Positions 17,134 to 26,819 of a stretch of 64,000 nt of DNA are shown in pieces. The notes beneath the pieces are model-generated. The model searched no databases. It was not told the DNA's origin and saw only the letters and a program-made list of their open reading frames with translations. A program made the translations under genes and the position numbers. The stretch is from an uncultured Methanoregula sp. (lineage in GTDB: Archaea; Halobacteriota; Methanomicrobia; Methanomicrobiales; Methanospirillaceae), in assembly GCA_964409915.1 (NCBI GenBank), contig CAYPEQ010000007.1, positions 3,386-67,385 of the forward strand. The letters are read 5' to 3'. The stretch's first letter is position 1. Each line of letters starts with the position of its first letter.

Positions 17134-18039
17134 ATGGATACTCTCAGTTCGCCAACAACGCGGCTGTTCAATTCGCCGACACTACGCTTGCTCGATTCGC
17201 CGACACTACGCTTGCTGAACACATCGACCATTGTGGCATCCGCCGGATGTTTCCGACTCTATGTCGCCATTCTTCTTGCAGCAATCATACCAACGCCGTT
17301 GATTATTATCGCGTACGGTTTGATCGTCTATTCGACGTATACTCTTGACCGGGCATTCGGCTGTGAAGAAGACACAGTTAACCGGAGCGAACTTTCGGGC
17401 GCGAACAAATATATCGGTATCAGCGTGAGCATGTTTGCGTTTCTGACCGGTGCACTCATTCTTGCTACAGACCAGATCTACCTCGCCTCAATCCTGCCCT
17501 TTATTATCGGATACATATATTCGAAGGGATTGTCTTTCGGCGGCTATAAACTCAAACTCAAAGGGAGCATGGGCAGTAAAAATGTTGTGATTGGCCTGAC
17601 GTGGGGGGGAAGCATTGCACTTATCATCAGCCGGTTTACTCCCAATATACTCACGGTCGCTGCGGTGTTTTTTTTCTTTGGGATAAAAATGTTCATTAAT
17701 TCAACCCTGTTCGATTTCAAGGATGTAAAAGGAGACCTTGCCTCAGGGATCCGTACCCTCCCGGTCTGTCTCGGTGAAACCCGGACAAAGTGCCTGCTTT
17801 TTGGGCTATGCATTTCCCTATATTCAGGTATGATTCTTTCCATGCTCTACGGTTTCATACACCCGGAATGGACTCTGCTCGCTGTGAGCTTCCTGTTCAC
17901 CGCTTCATTTATTATCTTCTATTCAGTCGGGTTTGAAGAACGGACGTCAGGTATTATAAAAAAGTTCCGCCAATGGATGGTGATTGGGGAATGGCCTGTA
18001 GCACTTTTGTTACAAGGGGCGGTTAATCTCATCATCTAA
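17134..18039 (+). CDS. UbiA-superfamily prenyltransferase (polytopic membrane protein)
   Basis: The second Asp-rich motif is LFDFKDVKGDLASGIRTLPV. A first motif-like YTLDRAFGCEEDTVN follows the first TM pair. There are about 8 hydrophobic segments. An alternative start at GTG 17233 would place the tandem repeat outside the CDS. Confidence 0.6.
   Translation: MDTLSSPTTRLFNSPTLRLLDSPTLRLLNTSTIVASAGCFRLYVAILLAAIIPTPLIIIAYGLIVYSTYTLDRAFGCEEDTVNRSELSGANKYIGISVSMFAFLTGALILATDQIYLASILPFIIGYIYSKGLSFGGYKLKLKGSMGSKNVVIGLTWGGSIALIISRFTPNILTVAAVFFFFGIKMFINSTLFDFKDVKGDLASGIRTLPVCLGETRTKCLLFGLCISLYSGMILSMLYGFIHPEWTLLAVSFLFTASFIIFYSVGFEERTSGIIKKFRQWMVIGEWPVALLLQGAVNLII
17147..17218 (+). repeat. Tandem repeat, 3 x 24 bp
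   Basis: GTTCGCCAACAACGCGGCTGTTCA / ATTCGCCGACACTACGCTTGCTCG / ATTCGCCGACACTACGCTTGCTGA. Copies 2 and 3 differ only in the last 2 nt. If translated the repeat encodes SPT(T/L)RL(F/L)(N/D) three times. Confidence 0.9.
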
Positions 18040-18816
18040 ATTTTTGACGATCCGGGATCTTTCCTGGAAATACGCAAAAAGATCTTCACCCCATTTCACT
18101 GCTGAGGGGTCGACACTGATGAGATCCCGTTTTGTATCAAATATGCCGTTGGAGTAAAAGAAGGCCATAGAGAGGTATTTCTCTGTAATGATATAGGAAA
18201 ATTTTATCTCGCCATTATAAACGTAAAGGTGTGCATTGTCGTATTCCAACCATTCGGTAATCTGCGTCCGATAGTTGGCTGCGACAATCTCAAACACAGT
18301 GCGGGTCAGGACAAGAGTCGTATCTATGCCATTTTTTGCAAGCGACAGGAAGAGATCCGGGTAAATCGGGTGAACCATGTGAGTGATTCCCTTCACCCAG
18401 GTGGAATTTTCCAAGATATTCCGGAATTCTTTGTGGGACTCGTAGATCTGCTCGTCTCTGCTTTCCACGATCTGGATGTCGCCGAGCTCACCGACGCGGA
18501 GGAGAAATTCCTTGGGGAGGGCGTTGATATCATGATCCTGCCAAAATTTCTTTTCTTTTTCCAGAACGCCGAGTGTTTTGTTGAGCGGTCCAAGGAAATG
18601 GGCAATAAGCTCGCCCAGTTCCGTAAGAGCATATTTTTTTCCTTTTTTGCAAACCAGTTTTTCGTCTTCAAGGATCTTAATCTGGGGAAGCATGCCGGTT
18701 GACGTTACTTCGAGTAACGTTTTTATCTCCTCCCAAGTTTTCGGGCCGTCTTTTAAGAGGATAAGGAGGTTTTTTCGTTTTTGTGAATAACAGATGGTAC
18801 AGAGTAAATCAGCCAT
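18010..18816 (-). CDS. ArsR-like wHTH + DUF1724 (FilR1-type) transcriptional regulator
   Basis: The N-terminus CYSQKRKNLLILLKDGPKTWEEIKTLLEVTSTGMLPQIKILEDEKLV is a wHTH. The ~180-aa C-terminal domain is typical of the methanogen DUF1724 regulator family. The 3' end overlaps the convergent UbiA gene by 30 nt. Confidence 0.75.
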   Translation of the reverse strand: MADLLCTICYSQKRKNLLILLKDGPKTWEEIKTLLEVTSTGMLPQIKILEDEKLVCKKGKKYALTELGELIAHFLGPLNKTLGVLEKEKKFWQDHDINALPKEFLLRVGELGDIQIVESRDEQIYESHKEFRNILENSTWVKGITHMVHPIYPDLFLSLAKNGIDTTLVLTRTVFEIVAANYRTQITEWLEYDNAHLYVYNGEIKFSYIITEKYLSMAFFYSNGIFDTKRDLISVDPSAVKWGEDLFAYFQERSRIVKNLDDEINRPL

Positions 18817-19021
18817 AATCAGAATACCTTGATATCTATGAAAATGTGATTTGCATCATTTCTCGATATTTTAAGCAGTATTTTTCCTTTAGGAATAATA
18901 AACGTGCCGTTTTTACCTAATTTTCGAATGAGAATAATAAATTTTACCTCATAAAAATTATTTAATAAACCGCAACCATTTTAGGAATCACCCTTATTGA
19001 GGTAACCCTCTTTCGGTAACC

Positions 19022-19807
19022 ATGAATACTCTTTTGGCTTACATTAATCTCAGTATGCCTGCACCAAAACCGCTTGAATTTCCCCCGGGAAAAACACTCC
19101 CGGAGGAACTGAGTGCCGCCATGAAACGGATCGAAGCCACCGGAGTAAGATATCCTGAAGGGTATTACCAGATCCTTCTTGAGAAATACACAAAAGAGGG
19201 TGTTTTTTATCCCCATATCCTCATGATAATTGGCGAACCCCGGATCAACAACCACTTCTATTGCTCTCATGTGCTCAAGGCCACAGGAAACCTCCTGGAT
19301 TACGGATGCGGGACTGGAGATAATGTTAGGCAATTAATCAGGGACGGTTTTTCCCGTGGGCGGATCACGGCATTTGACATCAACCGGGCAAGCATCGACC
19401 TCGGTTTTGATCTCTACCTCGACCAAGATGAGATAGGTGATCTTTTTACAGTGTCAGAGACATTTCCCTACGGACCTGATCAATTCGATCTGGTCTATTC
19501 AGCCTCCGTTTTCCATGTGATTGTTGAAGATGACATACTGGAATTGTATCTTTCCAATGCATGGTCTACCATTAAACCCGGCGGGATCTTTTTTGGTTCG
19601 ACAGCAGGGATGAAGGGAGAAGGATTTGTAGATTCTCCCGGCAAATGGGGACCACCACGCATTTTGACCAGGGATCAGCTGGCAGGGCACCTGGCCGGCG
19701 CTGGTTTTGAAGTGATGGAGATTGTCGAGCGTCCACATGGCCATCACCATGTTCCTCACCACGAAAACAGATGTGTCCTTGAATTCTGTGCGAAAAAACC
19801 GGCATAA
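19022..19807 (+). CDS. Class I SAM-dependent methyltransferase
   Basis: Motif I is LLDYGCGTGDNVRQLI, followed by ITAFDIN and a post-I acidic residue. It is divergent from the FilR1-type regulator across an AT-rich 205-bp spacer. Confidence 0.75.
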   Translation: MNTLLAYINLSMPAPKPLEFPPGKTLPEELSAAMKRIEATGVRYPEGYYQILLEKYTKEGVFYPHILMIIGEPRINNHFYCSHVLKATGNLLDYGCGTGDNVRQLIRDGFSRGRITAFDINRASIDLGFDLYLDQDEIGDLFTVSETFPYGPDQFDLVYSASVFHVIVEDDILELYLSNAWSTIKPGGIFFGSTAGMKGEGFVDSPGKWGPPRILTRDQLAGHLAGAGFEVMEIVERPHGHHHVPHHENRCVLEFCAKKPA

Positions 19808-19881
19808 ATTAGTATGGGACAGATCCCATCCACCCGTCTGATTTTTATGGTAGATATGTGGAGATCGATGTAGGTGCATTG

Positions 19882-20742
19882 ATGCAGATTACGCCACATA
19901 TCCATGCTATAAGGACCCCGCTGGGACCGGCACCGGACCGGTTTGTGAATGTATACCTTATCTACGGTGACAAGATTACTGTCATCGATACCGGGTTCAA
20001 CGGATCTGAGAAGCTGATCTATGAAGATATTCTATCGACCGGTCGGGATCCTGCTGATATCGGGCTGGTTATCCTGACCCATGCGCATCCGGATCATACA
20101 GGGTCTGCAAAAGTGATCCGCGACCTGACCAGCTGCATGGTCGCCGCCCACCCGTCAGACGCTCCTTTTATCGAGCAGGTTGATCCGGCCATGCTGAAAA
20201 GCCCGGCCCCGGGGATTCCACCGATGGTTGCCGGACCGGTCCCGGTGGGGCGATTCCTTAACGAGGGCGATTCCATCAATCTTGGCAAAGGCCTGACCCT
20301 TGAGGTACTCCATACCCCGGGTCATTCACCAGAATCCATTTCCCTGTTCCTCCGGGAAGAAAGCGCCCTTTTTACCGGGGATACAGTACAGGCTCCCGGC
20401 CGGGCTCCCATCTACACGGACCCGGTCGCCCTGGTACGATCGCTCCGGAGACTCATGGACATTTCCGGTATCCGGCACTACCTCCCTTCGCATGATATGC
20501 CCGCAGAAGGAGCTGTAACTTATGTGCGTCTTAAAGATTCCCTTTCCTATATCCGGTATGTCCACGAGATAATAAAGAAAGCAGCTTCAGCGATGCCCGG
20601 TACCCCGGACCCGCAGGTTCTTGCCGGCCCGGTTCTTGCCGAGCTCGGGATTCCCCCGGGTGCTGGCCTGCCATTTATAGCAAGGACAATTCACGCAGAT
20701 CTTGCCGCAGAAGGTCTTGATGACATTTTTAATGAGAAGTAG
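19882..20742 (+). CDS. Metallo-beta-lactamase-fold hydrolase
   Basis: Motifs LTHAHPDHTGS, VLHTPGHSPES and FTGDT. AGGTG sits 6 nt before ATG 19882 (the longest ORF starts at GTG 19858). Confidence 0.8.
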   Translation: MQITPHIHAIRTPLGPAPDRFVNVYLIYGDKITVIDTGFNGSEKLIYEDILSTGRDPADIGLVILTHAHPDHTGSAKVIRDLTSCMVAAHPSDAPFIEQVDPAMLKSPAPGIPPMVAGPVPVGRFLNEGDSINLGKGLTLEVLHTPGHSPESISLFLREESALFTGDTVQAPGRAPIYTDPVALVRSLRRLMDISGIRHYLPSHDMPAEGAVTYVRLKDSLSYIRYVHEIIKKAASAMPGTPDPQVLAGPVLAELGIPPGAGLPFIARTIHADLAAEGLDDIFNEK

Positions 20743-20783
20743 AGAATAAAAAAAAGTATTTTCTTTTTCCCCGATTTTTGGTA

Positions 20784-21275
20784 TCACGAACTATAGGACC
20801 GGAATGGCACGTACTGGTCGAGGATCTTGACTTCATCTCCCTGCGGCGGGAGAGCCCAGATCTCCACCCGATCCTGGTACCCGGTGGTCGCACCAAACGT
20901 AACACTCTGACCTATGTTCAGGGGCTGGATCATCTGCCCGGTTTCCACGATACCATCAGAGCGGATGACCTTAATATCCAGTCCCTGGATAAGATCCATG
21001 CCCATCCCGCCCCGGAAAGTTACGATAATCTGCGGGTTAATTGCCTGGCCGTTGCTTTGGGTCTGGACATCGACCGCCCAGTAATCAGGCAGGACCCCGG
21101 TCGGCCCCGGGGTGACTGAATCCAGGGTTTCGGTCTGAACCGGGGTCAGAAAGGGGGTCATAGTCGGTGATACCGGTGATACCGCCGGCGATATTACAGC
21201 CGGTTGCGTGCATCCGGCGACAGCAAGGACCAGTACCAGAAGGAGAGCCGGACCAAGTACCAGACGCAGCGTCAT
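20784..21275 (-). CDS. Small secreted lipobox protein, paralogue of 26320-26817
   Basis: The signal is LLLVLVLAVAGCTQ. The mature domain shares V(I/T)VIRSDGIVETG and flanking blocks with ORF 26320-26817. Confidence 0.65.
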   Translation of the reverse strand: MTLRLVLGPALLLVLVLAVAGCTQPAVISPAVSPVSPTMTPFLTPVQTETLDSVTPGPTGVLPDYWAVDVQTQSNGQAINPQIIVTFRGGMGMDLIQGLDIKVIRSDGIVETGQMIQPLNIGQSVTFGATTGYQDRVEIWALPPQGDEVKILDQYVPFRSYSS

Positions 21276-21346
21276 GAAAGGAACTTCGTATCCACCGGTA
21301 TTTATGATGATATGATGGCAGAAGTTAGAGGGTCGCCATAAAAAAA

Positions 21347-23425
21347 TCAGGGATCCTGCCTGTCATCCGGATTGCCGTTTTTGTTCCGGCACGTATACCG
21401 GCAGATATTACCCACAGAGCGGAATGCATCCTCAAGGTCCGGGAAATTAGGGATTTTTGCTTCGCGGAGGATTCTTTGCGGTGTTTTCATGGAGTCTCCA
21501 CCGATCATACAGCCGACGATCATTTTCTTTGTATGCTTGGAGAACCGGATCAGTTCGTTTGCTATCCTGAGGGGATTGGCAAGTGCGGTCGGTACAGCTA
21601 TAACAAACGCGATGTCCCAGAGATCCTGGTGTTTTATCATCACGTCAAAGGTCTTTGCATACTGGTCGGGATGAGAATCACCTACCATGTCAATCGGGTT
21701 TTCACGGCTCCAGTTGGGAGGTAATACTGCATCCAGTTCTTGAACGAGAGTATCGGGGAATGTCACCAGCTCGATCCCGAAGCGTTCTGCATAATCCGAC
21801 GAGAGGACGGCAAACCCGCCGGCGTTTGAGATCACTACTGCCCGGGTACCGTGGGGGTACCCTTCAGACGCCAGGAGTTCAGCCGCCTGGAATGCTTCAC
21901 GGATCGACCGGACCGGGATCATGCCTGCCTGCCGGAATGCAGCCAGGTACACCTCAGCACTGCCGGCAAGGGAACCGGTATGTGACGATGCCGCTTTCTG
22001 TCCAATCTGGGAGGACCCGGATTTCAGGACGATAACCGGTTTTACCGGGGTGATCCGGCTGACGACGTCCAAAAAGCGACGGCCGTTCCTTATCTCCTCA
22101 ACATAAAGAATGATGGCGTTTGTTGCAGGATCCGAACCAGTCCACCGTATGAAATCTTCAAACGTAAGGTCCAGTTGGTTTCCAACAGAAATCACCGCAG
22201 AAAACCCGATCCCTTCTGGGAGGCTCCAGTCCACGATAGTGGTGATGATCGCGCCACTCTGCGAGATAAACGCTATGGAGCCGGACATGGGAGAGACCGG
22301 ATCAAACGTGGTGTTGATACCCTTACTCGGCAGCATAAATCCTAAGCAATTAGGGCCCATGACCCGGATTCCATAGTTCCTTGCCGTGGAAAGCACTTGT
22401 TCTTCCAGTGTTTTTCCTGCAGGCCCGGTCTCCCGGAACCCCGAAGAGACAATAATCACGAGAGGGACTTTCTTCTTCCCCGCATCTTCCATAATGGCAG
22501 GTACGCCTGCTGCGGGTATGGCGATCACTGCAACATCCACCGGCCCCGGGATCGCAGTCAGTGACGGGTACGAGGTCCTTCCGAGAATCGCGGCATTGTT
22601 GGGATTAACCGGGTACAGGTTGCCAGAAAAGCCAAGCATGTTCCGGCAGATTGCATACCCGACTTTATCCGGATTCTGCGAAGCCCCAACGACCGCAACT
22701 GATCCGATCTTTAACAGGGTCTCCGGCATGGCCAAACGATCTTCATCCGGGTTCGCTGGTTCCTGGATATCGGTTGTATAAATACGTGCATCTACAACGC
22801 ACCCCCCTTTTGCATACAGGATGACAGGGTTGATATCGAACTCCTGGACTTCGGGATGTTCCAGGAACATACGGATGAGCGAACCGGCAATTGCCACAAG
22901 AGCAGCCTCGTCCCGGGGTGCACTGTGCCTAAATCCAGCGATCAAGGGGTATCCCCGGAGGCTGTGAATCATGGACCGGAGCTGGTCATCAGTGATCGGC
23001 AGGAGCCGGATAGCGACGTCCCGGATCAGTTCAACAAGCGTACCGCCCATACCAATCGTGATTATTTTCCCAAACGCCGGGTCAGTCTTTCCCCCGACAA
23101 TCAGTTCAAGGCCTTCATCCTGTTGCTTTTCGAGAATAACGCCGCGGATATCAGCGTCGGGATATGCAGTCCTCACGTTCTTTGTGATGGATCGAAATGC
23201 CTCTGCAGCGGCTGCAGCAGATGCGATGCCGGTGATGACACCTCCTGCATCACTTTTGTGGACAACCTGGGGAGAGACGATCTTAGCTGCCAGCGGGAAC
23301 CCGATATCCGCCGCTGCATGCCCGGCCTCATCTGCGGTCTGGACAACCGCATACCGGGGCACCGGGATCCCGTAGTGTTTCAGCAGTTCGTAGCCTTCCG
23401 CTTCGGATAAAAGGGTGCGTGACAT
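21347..23425 (-). CDS. acd: ADP-forming acetyl/acyl-CoA synthetase, fused beta-alpha (ATP-grasp + CoA-binding + CoA-ligase domains)
   Basis: N-terminal ATP-grasp (EGYELLKHYGIPVP..KSDAGGV), CoA-binding VAVVGAS..YPVNP, GPNCLGF, SQSGA and the catalytic-His loop ASSHTGSLAGS. Confidence 0.85.
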   Translation of the reverse strand: MSRTLLSEAEGYELLKHYGIPVPRYAVVQTADEAGHAAADIGFPLAAKIVSPQVVHKSDAGGVITGIASAAAAAEAFRSITKNVRTAYPDADIRGVILEKQQDEGLELIVGGKTDPAFGKIITIGMGGTLVELIRDVAIRLLPITDDQLRSMIHSLRGYPLIAGFRHSAPRDEAALVAIAGSLIRMFLEHPEVQEFDINPVILYAKGGCVVDARIYTTDIQEPANPDEDRLAMPETLLKIGSVAVVGASQNPDKVGYAICRNMLGFSGNLYPVNPNNAAILGRTSYPSLTAIPGPVDVAVIAIPAAGVPAIMEDAGKKKVPLVIIVSSGFRETGPAGKTLEEQVLSTARNYGIRVMGPNCLGFMLPSKGINTTFDPVSPMSGSIAFISQSGAIITTIVDWSLPEGIGFSAVISVGNQLDLTFEDFIRWTGSDPATNAIILYVEEIRNGRRFLDVVSRITPVKPVIVLKSGSSQIGQKAASSHTGSLAGSAEVYLAAFRQAGMIPVRSIREAFQAAELLASEGYPHGTRAVVISNAGGFAVLSSDYAERFGIELVTFPDTLVQELDAVLPPNWSRENPIDMVGDSHPDQYAKTFDVMIKHQDLWDIAFVIAVPTALANPLRIANELIRFSKHTKKMIVGCMIGGDSMKTPQRILREAKIPNFPDLEDAFRSVGNICRYTCRNKNGNPDDRQDP

Positions 23426-23669
23426 GGTGGCGGGTACTCCCGGGATGTGTTCCTCTAGAAAGTATTACCGGGGCCGGGTTAATGAGGATTGTGCAAGATC
23501 ATAAGGAAGCGGGAATTATTGCTATACTCAACGTGATATTTTTGCCTTGGCGGACTTTTACAAAATCTGCACTGATGGGGCATAACAGCATTCTTTTCTT
23601 TAGGTTCCGGTAATGAAATTACGTTAACCATGCAAAAAACTAGATATAAGAACCAAAGAAGGAGGAATT

Positions 23670-25484
23670 ATGGATTTCATTACGCAGCTGCTGCTAGCTA
23701 TAATTGTGATAATTATTATCTGGTTCCTCCTCACAGGACTGATCCTGATACATGCAAGTGAGGTCGGGATTGTCACAAGGAAGATGTTCGGGAAAAAGCT
23801 GCCCCAGGGAAAGATCATCGCCACAAAAGGAGAGATCGGTGTCCAAGCCGATATCCTGATGCCGGGGCTTTATTACTTTATCCCGATTATCTGGAAAGTC
23901 GACCGCGAAAGCGTTAAAACGATTCCTCCGGAGCATATCGGTATTGTCTCGTCTATTGATGGTGTAGCAATCCCTTCCGGCCGGTTGCTCGGCGATGAAG
24001 TAGAAAGTAACTCATTCCAGGATGCCCGGATGTTTCTTGAAAACGGTGGATGTAAGGGACCACAGATCACTCTTTTAAAACCTGGTACGTACCGTATTAA
24101 CACCCGTATTTTTACAGTCACGGATAAGCCGATTGTAGCGGTCCCGCAGGGAAAAGTCGGGATTGTGACGGCACTTGATGGTATCCCGCTTCCTTCCCGG
24201 TTTGCGATTGCTCCGGCGCCACACGGTGATCACAGCCATTTCCAGAACGGGCAGGTATTCATCAAGAGCGATGGATACCGTGGCACCCAGCTTGAAACCC
24301 TCCAGCCCGGTGATTACTACATTAACCCCCTGCTGTTCGATGTTGTTCCGGTCGATATGGCAATTATTCCCCCCGGAAATGTTGCCGTTATTATATCGAG
24401 TGTGGGTGAAGAACTCGAAAAGTCAAAGGATACTGCTCCGCCCATTGTAGCATCCCCCACCTTGGATCAGCCGATCCACGAAGATGCTGAACAGCTCCTG
24501 ATAACCGATAAAACAAAACGAGGTATCCTCCGGGACCCCATTGCACCCGGGAAGTATAACCTGAATACAGCTGCATACAGGGCAGAGATTGTCCCGACCA
24601 GTGCGGTAACCATTGACTGGGCAAGTCCAGAAGGGACTAAAGAGACCCTGCAGTTCACCCAGGAGAACAAGGGAACGAACATTAATGTTGCTGAATTCTT
24701 CAAGTTTGGACAATTACGGGTCACATCGCAGGATGGGTTCCAGCTTGAAGTGGATGTACGACTGATCGTCCGGATTCCGGCAAATGACGCACCGTTTGTT
24801 ATTGCCCGGTTCGGTAGTGTGTATAACCTCATCGAGCAGGTGGCCCACCCCCTGATTGATGCGTCCTTCCGGAACGAGGCAGGAAACCAGCAGGCATTAC
24901 AGTTCGTCCATGACCGTACTAAACTCCAGCAGACGGCATTTGAAAGAGCGCAGGAAGAGTTCAAGAAGTATCATGTCGAGGTACAGGGACTCCTGATAGC
25001 CTACATCAAGGTCGATGAAGCCTTACTGAAGACCCAGACTTTAAAGCAGATCGCGGTTCAGCAACAGCAGCAGTACCAGCAGGAGGCAAAGGCGCAGGAA
25101 GAGCGGATCGCCGTCGCTGAAAAGACGGCTCGCGCTGATATGCAGGGCCAGGTTATTGCGGCAAAACTGTCCATCGATATTAACAAGGACAACGCCCAGG
25201 CTGCACGAGAGTCCGCATACGGTACCCGTGATGCAACCAAAGCGAATGCTGACGGATCCGCGTATGCAAATGAACAGGTCGGTATCGGTACCGCAAAGGC
25301 TTACATCGCACAGAAAGACGCTCTCGGCGCTGAAAACGTTGCGATGTTACAGGCGATCCAGAAGATCGCTGATGGGAAGATTGTTATCACCCCCAATGTC
25401 CTGGTTACCGGTGAGGGGTCCCAGGGGAGTAACCTACTCACCGCATACTTTGCCCGGTTACTTGGACAACAGAAGCAGACGTAG
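23670..25484 (+). CDS. Flotillin-like SPFH/band-7 membrane protein
   Basis: N-terminal TM, an SPFH-like core, then a long Ala/Gln/Glu coiled-coil (QQQQQYQQEAKAQEERIAVAEK). GGAGG sits 4 nt before the ATG. Confidence 0.7.
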   Translation: MDFITQLLLAIIVIIIIWFLLTGLILIHASEVGIVTRKMFGKKLPQGKIIATKGEIGVQADILMPGLYYFIPIIWKVDRESVKTIPPEHIGIVSSIDGVAIPSGRLLGDEVESNSFQDARMFLENGGCKGPQITLLKPGTYRINTRIFTVTDKPIVAVPQGKVGIVTALDGIPLPSRFAIAPAPHGDHSHFQNGQVFIKSDGYRGTQLETLQPGDYYINPLLFDVVPVDMAIIPPGNVAVIISSVGEELEKSKDTAPPIVASPTLDQPIHEDAEQLLITDKTKRGILRDPIAPGKYNLNTAAYRAEIVPTSAVTIDWASPEGTKETLQFTQENKGTNINVAEFFKFGQLRVTSQDGFQLEVDVRLIVRIPANDAPFVIARFGSVYNLIEQVAHPLIDASFRNEAGNQQALQFVHDRTKLQQTAFERAQEEFKKYHVEVQGLLIAYIKVDEALLKTQTLKQIAVQQQQQYQQEAKAQEERIAVAEKTARADMQGQVIAAKLSIDINKDNAQAARESAYGTRDATKANADGSAYANEQVGIGTAKAYIAQKDALGAENVAMLQAIQKIADGKIVITPNVLVTGEGSQGSNLLTAYFARLLGQQKQT

Positions 25485-25563
25485 AGTATGTATAACTGGA
25501 AATTTTTTATGAGGGATTATATTTAGTGAACCACGTCAAAATTAACCAGGTGACTGAACCATC

Positions 25564-25845
25564 TCAGCTTCCCTCTGCTTTGTCGATTTTGTTATTCAGG
25601 AACAAGCATAACGCAAAGATTACTAAAATGTAACCAACAATGCGAGCAGAGATTGTAGCGGCCACCCATGACGGTTCAAGTCCCAGGAAGGTATAGAGAT
25701 GAGAGACGCCAAAAAGTCCAAAGGCAAGGCCGATGATCAATGCAATCACTAAGTTCTTTTTTAAGTAGACAATTACTCCCAGAACGACGATAATAACGCA
25801 AAGCACTAAATTGATAAGATTAACGATATCTACATCGAACGCCAT
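25564..25845 (-). CDS. Small membrane protein (3 TM)
   Basis: 93 aa and almost entirely hydrophobic helices. I recognise no family. Confidence 0.45.
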   Translation of the reverse strand: MAFDVDIVNLINLVLCVIIVVLGVIVYLKKNLVIALIIGLAFGLFGVSHLYTFLGLEPSWVAATISARIVGYILVIFALCLFLNNKIDKAEGS

Positions 25846-26319
25846 TGTTGTTCTTCCTTTTTTTTATTATTCATCACTTTATATATAATATATTTTGCGT
25901 TATTATGGTGCAATACTGGGACTATTACGGAATCAATAGGGCTTTGGTCATGACGAGAACTTCATTGTGTCCCGTGGAGTTATCAGGGCAGATTAAATAT
26001 CACTCCCGTTTACTGAAGTTGAAAACAATGAAAAATACGTGCCGTTCGATCCGTCAATGACGGCCTTAGGAGTTCCGGGACCTTGTTACAGATTTTGCAA
26101 TACGGGGTTCCCTATATCCCCTTTCTCGCTGTATGCTGATTATTCCCGCAGGTATTATTGAATAATTTTTCATGAGGAAACTCTCGTAAAAACGCTCACG
26201 AGGAAATGGAGGGGGTAAATGCACGAAAACTATGAACGACACACCGGAAAAATCGCTATATTTACCAGTAGGATCGAAGATATGCAAAGTCTCCCTCTGA
26301 ATGAATCCGGGGTACTGCT

Positions 26320-26817
26320 ATGAGACAACCATGTTTGGTTATTCTTGTTCTCCTCCTGTCTGCCTGTGCACTCGTCATGGGTTGCACCAGTCAGTCTTTA
26401 GTCCCACTATCCTCCCCCACGCAGACTCCACAAATCCAGTCAACAACACAAGTACCAACGGTAGCGCCTTCCCTTTTAGCCACCCCCGGCCCAGTCCAGA
26501 CGGTTCCAGGCTACGAATCAATCGACGTAGGCGTTAGCCGCAATTCAATTTCGGAAAATCCGACAATCATCACGGCATTCAATGGCGGTTTTGGGCTTGG
26601 CATGACCGAGCGTATGGATGTCACGGTAATCCGTTCTGACGGCATCGTGGAAACCGGACACTTAGACTATCCCACGACCGGTTCGGTCGTTACGTTAATG
26701 GGCACAACAACTACCGATCTTGTCGTGGTTAATGTCACGATGACCTCGGGCGACCAGTATACACTTATTGACAATTACTATCTGTTCCCGGGTGGCGAAG
26801 GGAATAATGGGGCCTGA
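26320..26817 (+). CDS. Small secreted lipobox protein, paralogue of 20784-21275
   Basis: The signal is LVLLLSACALVMGCTS, followed by a Thr/Pro/Gln linker and a domain with MDVTVIRSDGIVETG. Confidence 0.65.
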   Translation: MRQPCLVILVLLLSACALVMGCTSQSLVPLSSPTQTPQIQSTTQVPTVAPSLLATPGPVQTVPGYESIDVGVSRNSISENPTIITAFNGGFGLGMTERMDVTVIRSDGIVETGHLDYPTTGSVVTLMGTTTTDLVVVNVTMTSGDQYTLIDNYYLFPGGEGNNGA

Positions 26818-26819
26818 GA

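Noticed and set aside
25040-25090. A CAG/CAA-rich run encoding QQQQQYQQ in the flotillin gene, considered as a possible unstable repeat.
   Set aside because: It is a short, mixed-codon stretch inside a Gln/Ala/Glu coiled-coil. It is compositional rather than a slippage-prone homogeneous repeat.
25846-26319. A 474-bp spacer with ORFs 25845-26060 (+) and 26066-26287 (-), plus weak hairpins.
   Set aside because: The ORF products have implausible composition (Phe/Ile/His runs; Arg/Ser-rich) and no RBS. The hairpins are at most 5 bp. I treat it as an AT-rich promoter/terminator spacer, though a small RNA cannot be excluded without transcript data.
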